From NCBI GenBank assembly GCA_951406725.2, contig OX597814.1, forward strand, positions 139,004,001 through 139,068,000: 64,000 bases of DNA, given 5' to 3'. Numbering within the stretch: position 1 is the stretch's first letter; every line of letters starts with the position of its first letter. Shown in pieces: positions 54,368 through 64,000 of this stretch. Position numbers and translations under genes: made by a program. Below the pieces are notes generated by a model. That model worked only from the letters and a program-made list of their open reading frames with translations, searched no databases and was not told the DNA's origin. The stretch comes from Octopus vulgaris. Its lineage: Eukaryota.

Positions 54368-55469
54368 AGTGATTATTTTATTAACAATTTTAAAGAAAAA
54401 CCTAATAAGCCTAAAATATATTTATCATATTTTATATGTTAAAAACATCACACTAAATCCGTTATATCCGTTTTGTTTTCTTTGAATCATTCTCGTATTT
54501 TGTAGCTTTTATCAAATCTCTACTCTGACTTTTTTTCGTTGTGTTACATAACGATAAACCTATAAATATGTGTCACAATACTGTCGCAGATTGCACTCAA
54601 GTTTCTCTGCTTCAAACAGGATCCTGTCTTTGCAATTAAATTTCTAATGGATGAATGCAAGGTTTACAATTCAATTCCAACTCCGGACCCTCAGCACACA
54701 AGCCCAGTGCGAGAAGCATTAACTACAATAGATCAGTTTTGTTGTAAAGTTTCGCATCCCCCATGGACAAAGACACTTTTGAGCCTACGCTTTAACGTAT
54801 TAAGAGCCAAAGAAAATTACACCTACTTTTCACTTAACAGCTAAACGTGGTTGACTCCGCTCTTCGCCCTCCCCACGTTTGCTACACATGTGGATCATGA
54901 TGGCCAAATGTGAACTTTCATTGTTAGAAGATATATATTATCTTCGAAATTGATTTTTTTAGTTACGACAAAGTCAGGAACATATTAATTGCTATAACTA
55001 GATAGGCTTTTAACCATAGAAACACGTCAAGCAATCAAAAGTTTTTGTTGTTTTTGTAAAAGGTTTCATACATCAACATCAGATATCTCCCATTTTTGTA
55101 TCGAACGAAACATTTATTGACGTACAGTATAAAACAACAGGCAGCTACATTATAATCATCGAAAATTATAATCTTAAGGTCTCATGCGACATAAATGAAA
55201 GCAATTATATTAATTGAGGATTAATCTTTCTTGAATCACAGGTACACGAACATGCTCATCATAAATCAATGCTGCAAAAAAAAAATATATTATCCTTTTA
55301 TTCTTTTCTTCTATAAATATTTCTGTCATTCGTTCGCAATCTCAGTACTTAAACTGATATTCATTTCATTGATTTCTATTTATTAAATCATTGTTTTCAT
55401 TATTGTAAGTTACGTAACTGTCAAGAAGTAAATTCAGTTTAAAAACGTAAATATTGCAAGGTATTTCGG

Positions 55470-55630
55470 CAAGCACGGCTGTGAGTATTAAGTTTGCTTT
55501 CTAACCATATAGTTTCGGTTTCAGTCCCACAGCATGGCACCTTGAGCAAATGTCCTCTACAATATACCTGGGCCCACTAAAGCCTTGCGAGTGGATTTGG
55601 TAGATGTCAACTGAAAATAACCCGTCGTGT

Positions 55631-55683
<53 letters not shown>

Positions 55684-55940
55684 CATGGTGTGTGTGTGTG
55701 TGTGTGTGTGACTGTGTGCATATTTGAATATCCTTGTCTTAACATCACATGATTATTTTAAACGAGTGTCGTTCATTTCCAGTATCCTGCATAAATGTGT
55801 ATGGGCATGAGAAAATATTACTTTGCTTGTAAACAGTTGAGGAGATAAGAAGGGCATCTAGCCATATAAAATCTGCTTTGATAAGCATTGTGCGACCCAT
55901 ACAAGCATGGAAAAGTGGGCGCCAGAAAGGTGATGATAAT
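55470..55940 (+). mobile_element. SINE with family B head and an alternative 3' tail
   Basis: Family B head to 55630, internal TA/TG run, then GAAGGGCATCTAGCC...CGACCCATACAAGCATGGAAAAGTGG...TGATGAT. Confidence 0.75.
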
Positions 55941-57494
55941 TTACAGAGAGACATATACGCATATGTGTGAGCATATATTTGAATAAACGTATATCTATTC
56001 TAATATTTATGTCTTGATTTCTTTCTATAAGTCACTACGTCTGCATATTAACCAGCTACATTTTGTGTATCCGAGTGAAACGGGCGATCGCATTTTTTTA
56101 GATATCTTATTGTTCAGATTACTGAATAATCGGGTAACTTATGACACAGATAATTGATGGTTCGGGTAACTGATTTGACAGTAAATAAAGAAGCCTTTCT
56201 GAGTTTAATTACATTTCAACAATTTATGTTTATAGAGTTTTATGCTATTCAATCGAAAAAATGCTATACTCCCGTGGAATTTTTACCACCTTTGCACCAT
56301 AATCTTGACGTTGGAAAATCTCGCTTTTTTCAATTGATTGTTAACGGTTTCCGCTTTTTCTCGAAAGACATGGTAACTGTAACAAACCTGATTACTTGTA
56401 AATAGGCACGTACTCCAAAAAATACATCGTAGAGTGAATGAATTTATTGATGATTTTGCCGTGCTTCACCACGTCATTCAATTCTATTTGTTGAATTTAT
56501 TTTAACAGTTTAAAATGGCCGACTGAGATCAAACAAACGAACTAATCAACACGTGATATTGTAAACAAAAGAGGCGGTCAACGCACCAGCGTTACTAAGA
56601 CACTGATATAACGTTTCTTTCTTTTTACTTGTTTGTCAGTAATCTGTATTCACTTTTAGTCATTGTAAACAAAAGACGAACCAGAACTAGTTTCAAGTAA
56701 CAAATACACACCCAACTCCTAACGAAATATTCAAGTGACCTTGAGATTTTATTTGGGTAATTACAAGTAAAATCGAACGTCAGCAGTATTAACTTCTTAG
56801 TTTTCTCTGAAGGTGTGTGAACAGAAGGAAACGGTGTTGTCTGATCTTTAAAAAACGAGGGAATAGCGTCTAGTTCCATTAATGCAAAATCTTCCTAAAT
56901 TGCAAAAGTTCGACAAATAAAAACATTAAATATGTTATTTCGTGACTTCTCTTTTTAGTATTAGTATCGATAAAATTTAGGAGAAAAATTAATTAATCAC
57001 TTTATTAATTTATCTGTCAATTTATTTATTTATTCGTTGATCAGGCAGACGAGGGAAACATTTTCAAAACGGAGTTGATTATCTATTCACATGACATCCG
57101 TGTTACACAACGCATTAAGCCTTTAAGTGTAAATACTTTCAATGTTTCCCTGAGATCATTTACTGTAAACTTAATAATAATATTTGGTGTTTTTGCTGAG
57201 CTGAAGGAAAGCAATGATCAAGCAGATCAACAACGTTCTAAACATCGCCATTTCGTATTTTTTGTATATCTATGATTCTAACGTCTCATGTATCCTTATT
57301 TTCAAGACGGTAAAGTGATTCGAGAGAAGTTTTGCGGTTATTTATAGCAAGTCTGACGACCATACAAAAGCTCTCTTGAGAACTCAAGTATAACAAAGAT
57401 TTCCATCAGAGCTCTCCTGGTCCGTAAATTATTTTTCTTAAGTATAGTGGTGCCGAGGCAATCGGCAACCAACCCCAATTTTCCAGCACAGAAA

Positions 57495-59207
57495 TATTCC
57501 CTTTAATGTAAATGGTAACACTCTGAACAATTCTAAGTCCACAAAAAACTATATCTGGTTTGTCATACCTTTCGGAAAACAAATCAAGTCAAACCTTCCT
57601 TTACAGTTCCGTGAAGCCGTAGCTAGGAACTTTCCCAGGAATTCTAGGTATTTCCCAGGTATTACTCTACTATCAATTCGCATAAGGTAAGGATTGCTTT
57701 CTCTAACACTAGAAATCTATCGCAAATTATTGCCTCCCATAATAACAAGCTGCTAAATAAGGATTCTTCACCCGGGAGTTACGACACTGTTCTTACCAAT
57801 TCCAACCAAACATACAATAATAATAATAATAGAAATAGTATTGATAATAGCAACATTCATAACAGCGTTGGCATTAACAATGGTAATATTAATAATAATA
57901 TTAGTCGGATTATTAACAGTGATAGTGTTAGTGGTAACAACGACAGTATTTTTAATAACAGTGGTAGTATTGATGACAACAACCCCAGCATTTCTATAGT
58001 CAGGGATATTGCCGGCGATAGTACAATTAATATTAATAACAATAATAGGAATAGTATAGTGGTCAGTGCTAGCAATAATATTAACAGCATTCATAACAAT
58101 AAAAACTCCGTCTTAGTCTCAGAGGTAAACCCTAACAGATTAAAGTTCTTGTCCAGCAATTCCAAAATTAGAAATTCCATTTACCAGTGTAAAATTTCTT
58201 CCGGTACCGGTGTCTTCTTCTATATTGGAGCGACTACTTCTAAATTATCCCAGAGGATTTCCAATCATTATTCCACTTTCCGATATAAGAGAAAACAACA
58301 AAGTACAGGACTAAGTAAATTAGTTTGGCGTCTTAAGGACAGCAATATAACTTTTAAGCTGGAATGGTCCATATTGTCTGTATTCTTTCCGTTTGATAAG
58401 GGCAGAAGATTTTGTGGCGTCTGTAATTCCGAGCTTTTCCATATACTTTTCGCCAAATTCCCTTTGGTAAACACAATGGTAGAAAAATCCTATAGGTGCA
58501 TGCATGGCAGAAACACACCTTCCACTCATATGAATGATGATTAATATAGATAACCTCCTTGAATTTAATAATTTGGTTCCACTACTACAACACCACCATA
58601 GACAAATTTTTATACTCCGTTTCATGAAGGACTACTACCAAATTCGTTGGGGTATGTTTTACCTTTGTCTCTCTACCTCTCCCCCTCTCTCTCTCTCTCT
58701 CTTCCTCTCTCTATCATAAGCACAATCAAACACACAGACACAAACCTGTCACTTCACCACTAGATTTATTTGGCATTTGTCCCCCCACACACACAATCAC
58801 GCACACACATACACATACATAGACACGAATGCAGTTATATACATACACACACATAGGCACTCAATCTCATTAGCAAAAGCAAACAAGAACACATCACCAT
58901 ACATACGACTTGCACCCTGTCACCTTCCTATTCTTAGATCTTTCCCCTCCCAACCTTTTTTGAACTCTTGAACTTTTTAGAATCTTCTCCATTCAACCAA
59001 TTTTGACGTCACTGCTTATAACGGAATATTCTAAAGAAACACTCATTATCACTATGGACTCCGTGTGGGCAGTCTTCTAAACGTTTTTGTTCGTCATGAT
59101 GCTGACATAAGTTCCTTGTCTTTCCTGATGAGAAGGCGGCATAATGCACCCTTTATTCCTTCGGAATTAGGAATATGCAGTCTTCGAAACATATGTCGAG
59201 AATAAAG

Positions 59208-59210
<3 letters not shown>
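57495..59210 (+). mobile_element. Penelope-like element 3' portion (RT thumb, Asn-rich linker, GIY-YIG, 3' region with hammerhead)
   Basis: IWFVIPFG..FP.NSRY, KVRIAFSNTRNLSQIIASHNNKLL, SIYQCKI...YIGAT...RISNH..F, LSKLVWRLK, CGVCNSE; stop-free frame 57648-58544. Confidence 0.88.
59111..59210 (+). ncRNA. Type I hammerhead ribozyme
   Basis: CUGAUGA 59125-59131; stem II GAAGGCGGCAUA/UAUGCAGUCUUC; GAAA 59186-59189; palindromic stem III ACAUAUGU; GUC triplet ending 59197; stem I with 3x3 internal loop. Confidence 0.85.
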
Positions 59211-59273
<63 letters not shown>

Positions 59274-59384
59274 GTATATATATACACATATATATACACA
59301 TATATATATACATATACATATATGTGTGGGGGTGTATGTGTGTATATATACATGCACGTGTGTGTATGTGAATGTGTTTATGTG

Positions 59385-59602
59385 TGTGTCTGTGTGTGTG
59401 TTTATCCCCACCACCACTTGATAACCAGTGTTGCTGTGTTTCTGTCCCCGTAACTTAGCGGTTCAATAAAATTGATCGATAGAATAAGTACTAGGCTTCA
59501 AAAATAAAAAGATAAGTCATAGGGTTGATTTGTTTGAATAAAACCCTTCAAGGTGAATGCCCTGCATGGCCGCAGTCAAATGAGTGAAAGAAATATGTAA
59601 AA
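59385..59602 (+). mobile_element. SINE family B 3' half
   Basis: GTCCCCGTAACTTAGCGGTTC, GATAGAATAAGTACTAGGCTT, CATGGCCGCAGTCAAATGAGTGAAA. Confidence 0.85.
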
Positions 59603-59740
59603 GTTAAAATATCTGTTTTAGTTACGGAACTACAGCCACAGTGGAACGATGCATTTTGAGTTTAATTTTTAGTTGATCACATCGACTAAAATACGTTGTC
59701 TGTAAATATTTAATTGACAAAATGGAGAAAGAAGCAGGAC

Positions 59741-60377
59741 GCGAATTTATTTTTTTCCAAGAGAGTTCCGAACCCCAGTAATAAACTCATTTGCATACAG
59801 CCAATCAGAGCTCACCATGAATTACAGTACAGCCAGACAGGTAGAAGAATGGTGTATGCCACTCTGTAAGTACAGCATAGCGGGTATCACATAAGCACCA
59901 CATCCCCACTACCATCCTCATAGATCAATTGAGCTCTATATGGAGCTAAGATTAGGTACCTTTTCTCAGACTGAAATTAGTGATATTGCATGGAGGGTGC
60001 AATACGATACAACGCCATATTGATTACGATGCTTCCAGATCAACACCAACATTTTAAATTAGGATTGTGCAAAATCAGTCAAAAAATTAGGAAACTACAC
60101 TCATTTACATTTTCCAGTAAATTACGCAAATTGGCAACATTTATAGCATCATCGGTGAACAGCTTCCCATTCAGTTTATACACTAAATTTCACATTTGCC
60201 ACCCCTATTTCCCCGTTTAGAACAGTTAGATTTTGCTATAACGCACATTTTCCACTGAATTCAACCAGAGTATTTTCGTGACTACGTAGACATTAGTTTG
60301 ATAGTTGAACTCTGATTGGCTGTATGCAAATGAGTTCATAACTGATGTCCGAAACTCGTGGGAAAAAAAGATTTCGC
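59741..60377. mobile_element. Non-autonomous Mutator-like element
   Basis: TIRs GCGAATTT.../...ATTTCGC about 75 bp; perfect 9-bp TSD AAGCAGGAC at 59732-59740 and 60378-60386. Confidence 0.9.
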
Positions 60378-60827
60378 AAGCAGGACGACTATGGCCTGGA
60401 GAAATAACGTGAAAAGAAATTTATACTTCAAAGTATGTGCTTTGATGTACAGCGTTTATCGTCGCAAAATGGTATATGTGTGCATGGGAGAGAGAATGTG
60501 TAGACATGTATATGTTTGTGTGTGTGCGTGCTCGCGCGTGTGTGTGTTTGTGTATGTGTAAGTATGTGTATGTGTGCGTATAAAACAAGCTCTCTCTGCT
60601 TTGCGTTTATTAAATTTCACTCTGAAATGTTTTATGCTCTACGTTCAACTGGGTCAAGAATGGGAGGACCTGGACTTTGCCTATCTCTGTTCGTGGCCTT
60701 ATAGACTCCGAAAACTGTTGGTGTGGTACAAGATACCAAGTCACACTCGCTTGTGAGTGTCAGGTATTCTAGACGATGTATACCCACATACATACATGTG
60801 TGTATGCATGTGTGAGTTTGTACACAC

Positions 60828-61044
60828 ACAAGGGGATGAAAAGTTCTTGGCTTTGGATAAAAGAAAATACAGGAGGATCAGTTAATTATGATTTTATTCA
60901 ACATATTCCCCTCGCAGATTCACTCACTTATTGCAACAGTCCTTCAGTTTTTCTAAATCCTCTAAAAGAACTCGGAAAGTTGCAATACCCTTAAAGCTTT
61001 TTGTAATACCCTTAAAGCCATGGACTTTTCAGCACCCCTTCGTA
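60828..61044 (-). mobile_element. mariner-derived MITE
   Basis: TIRs AAGGGGATGAAAAGTTCTTGGCTTT / AAAGCCATGGACTTTTCAGCACCCCTTCGTA; internal LEKLKDCCNK*VNLRGEYVE* transposase C-terminus on minus strand. Confidence 0.8.
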
Positions 61045-61275
61045 AGTAACATACAATAATGTGAATAATCAACAAAACATCGAATGTATGAAAGTATATA
61101 AGTATGTATGTATGCATGTATGCAAATTCTTTTGAGGCAAATGTATATACAGTTTAGAGAGTGAGATTGGCCTTGTGCAAAGCCTTTCCTAACTTTAAAA
61201 CGCTTGAGGTGCAAGTATCGATTGATATCTAATATATACCTAATATGTACCAGCGTGGATGGTACATAATATCTG

Positions 61276-61577
61276 CGAGCTGGCAGAAACTTTAGTACGC
61301 CGGACGAAATGCTAAGCGGTATTTCGTCTGCCGTTACGTTGTGTGTTCAAATTCCGCTGAGGTCGACTTTGCCTTTCATCCTTTCGGGGTCGATAAATTA
61401 AGTACCAGTTACGCACTGGGGTCGATATAATCGACTTAATCCGTTTGTCTGTCCTTGTTTGTCCTCTCTATGTTTAGCTTCTTGTGAGTAGTAAAGAAAT
61501 AGGTATTTTGTCTGCCGTTACGTCCTGAGTTCAAATTCCGCCGAGGTCGACTTTGCCTTTCATCCTTTCGGGGTCGA
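61276..61577 (+). mobile_element. SINE family A dimer, second unit truncated
   Basis: Head, core, linker, second core ending at GGGGTCGA. Confidence 0.92.
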
Positions 61578-61717
61578 AAAGAGGCACCTTTTTCGTTTAC
61601 ATCTTTAACTGTGAATAAGAGTGTAGTTCCCGAGCAGGACTGGAAAGCCGCATCCATGCTGTTTTAAGAGAATAATCAAGCGATGACCTTGCCCTAAACT
61701 GAGTTGCACCCACCATT

Positions 61718-61929
61718 TATGTATGTATGTATGTATGTATGTATGTATGTATGTATGTATGTATGTATGTATGTATGTATATATGTATGTATGTATGTGT
61801 ATATGTGTATATGTATGTATGCATGCCTGTATGTATGTATGTATGTGTGTATGTATGTATGTATGTATGTATGTATGTATGTATGTATGTATGTATGTAT
61901 GTATGTATGTATGTGTGTATGTATGTATG
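61718..61929. repeat. (ATGT)n microsatellite
   Basis: Direct inspection. Confidence 0.97.
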
Positions 61930-63907
61930 GGGAAGACAGACAAGTATGAGAGTCATAGTGAAAGATGAAGAGAGAGAGAGAGAATATGAAAGTGTCGCCT
62001 TGAGAAGGGAAGAGAGTGAGAGAGCAAGAAAACGAAGATACACAATCTACCGCTCTATAGACTCACATCCTACCATCTCCATGAGTTTTCGAGACCTTGG
62101 CTATGTGCATAGTTTCTCACGTAATTCAACTTGAATTTAATCATTTCCCCGATCAAATCCAATATAATCCTCAACCATTACAAACGTCCGATGCAATAGT
62201 CGTGTGAAGCTTCAGAATCTGACCTTGTGTCTTTCGTTAATAAATAGTCATTAAAAAGCCGGAAATCAAGCAACTGTGGACTTGAAAGTGTTAACTTTAA
62301 AAATAGTTTTCTTTATTATACTAGCCAACTACTTTCTTGCTTAATATGTTGTTCAATAAAACCAGCACTCCTATAATAGCTTTTGGCTTACGGCGACTCT
62401 TTCGGTGAATCCCCATTAATTAGATATTTGCCTTCCAGTTAATAAGAAAGAAATCCATTCAAAAAATTACAAGATATAAAATGACAACATGATATGATTA
62501 TTATTTGATTTTTTAAAGCTTTTTTTAACCATCAGAGAAACAAAACTCGGAATTCCAACAACTAAACATCGCATCAAGCAATTGCTAATATTCAATTTTA
62601 TTATAGAGCTAATATTTGACTAAGGAGGTTATTGATCACATTTTAATTGTCGATGTCAATCTCTCATTTAATGGCTCGAATCAAAGACGGAGAAGAAGGA
62701 AAGAGAAAAAGACAGATAAGATGAGAAAAGGAAAAGAGGAGGATATTTAATGAAATTAAAATGGTGACTTCAAAACGAAAATTAGAAAGACGAATATTTA
62801 GTTTTCTTTCTCGGCGTTTTGAGTTCAAATCTCATCCAATCGATTGCATAGTTCAATCGTTTCCGATCAATAGTGAAAATAAAAATTAATATTTGAATAA
62901 AAGTGTTGATTTTAATTTTAGAAATAACAAAAAACGAATGTGAGAACAGTAAAACTTGAGGCAAATATGTAAGACATTTATATCGCCACCAATATGGCAT
63001 ATAATTGAAATTAGGCTATGTTATTATTTTTCTTCTTTCTTGTTCTTCCTTCATCACATCTTCTTGTCGCTCCTCCTTCTTCCCCTCCTTTACCTTCTTA
63101 TCTTCCTCCTCCTGTTCCTCCACCTTCTTTTTCTCATTCTTTTTCCTCTTCTTCGGAAATCGGGCAAATGGAAAGGGTGACAGGAAGAAAATTGGTTATG
63201 GGATAAGTACCTGAAGGCAAAAATAAAATTAAGAGAAAATAAATGACCAGAAAATCCTAATTATATCTTTGAAATATTTGGTTGTTAGACAACAATAGAT
63301 TTTTTTATCTCCATTTGAGGATTATCATTGCCATGCTTTTTGTTTTTTGCTACTTTTCACTTTTTTTGTTAAATTGTGTTGCTAGCCAAGTTTCTATTAA
63401 AATACATAAACCGATCCTCAACGGATCGGTTTATGGCTTCCGGTCCCATTGCCTGTTTAAATATTTCTGATCCATTAGGACTTTTTCAGCATCACCAGTC
63501 GCTGCAGTACCAACAATATCATCATCATCGCCATCGTTTTTGTCTCCATCGCTGTCATCATCCTCATCTTCATCATTACATTCTTCTTCTTTGTCTCCTC
63601 CTCCTCATCAATCTTCTTGGTAACAATATACTGCTGTGCGTATGTAACGATGTGCTGGAGTGTATAAAAAGCATAGATATATTAATATGTGTGATAATTT
63701 TAGGTGTGTAAACTTAAATACATGACTGTGCAAATATAACAATATATGCGCATATATATATGGTTGTGTATATCTTACAGAAAGAGTATCTAAACTTACA
63801 TTCTTGAAAGAATACACACACACACGCACACATACACACACACACGCGCGTGCGTACACACACACACACACATGTCAATCTTGCGAAGTCTTCCCGTGTT
63901 TAAAGCT

Positions 63908-64000
63908 TGATACTTTTCTATCGGTACCGAACTGGTAAGTTATGCGATGTAAACAAACCGGCACCGGTCGTCAAGCGATGGCGAGGACAAACATGTGTGT
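63908..64000 (-). mobile_element. SINE family B fragment at window edge
   Basis: CTATCGGT...GTAAACAAACCGGCACCGGTCGTCAAGCGATGG matches the reverse complement of the family B 3' half. Confidence 0.65.

Noticed and set aside
56250-56930. Possible pogo N-terminus (KRKPLTI) and THAP-like LDAIPSFF motif on the minus strand
   Set aside because: Motifs are too short and broken to support a call without a profile search.

Overview
AT-rich, repeat-dominated animal genomic DNA (intergenic or intronic). The tRNA-headed SINE families and the very dense (TA)n/(GATA)n/(ATT)n/(ATGT)n microsatellites suggest an octopus genome; this is an inference from recalled repeat sequences, not a database match. I found no intact host protein-coding gene. 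Almost all listed ORFs are microsatellite translations or decayed transposon fragments. Recognisable content: many copies of three SINE families (provisionally A, B, C), three mariner relics plus a mariner MITE, a near full-length Tigger/pogo, a Tc1/maT-like relic, Mutator-type elements with 9-bp TSDs, a TTAA piggyBac-type MITE, a stack of R4/Dong-clade LINEs in (TAA)n repeats, RTE and CR1-like fragments, and several Penelope-like (GIY-YIG) elements. The best non-obvious signal is a type I hammerhead ribozyme with an intact core at 59111-59210, downstream of a Penelope ORF whose RT-endonuclease linker is an in-frame Asn-rich expansion. Several decayed hammerhead-like relics lie near (TA)n tracts elsewhere. 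Also notable: a variable-unit multimeric SINE, an inverted SINE pair that could form an ADAR substrate, and a Mutator family whose TIRs carry an octamer plus CCAAT box. These are unusual instances of known element classes; I cannot show from sequence alone that any is a new system. Boundaries were read by eye and are approximate unless a TSD is quoted.
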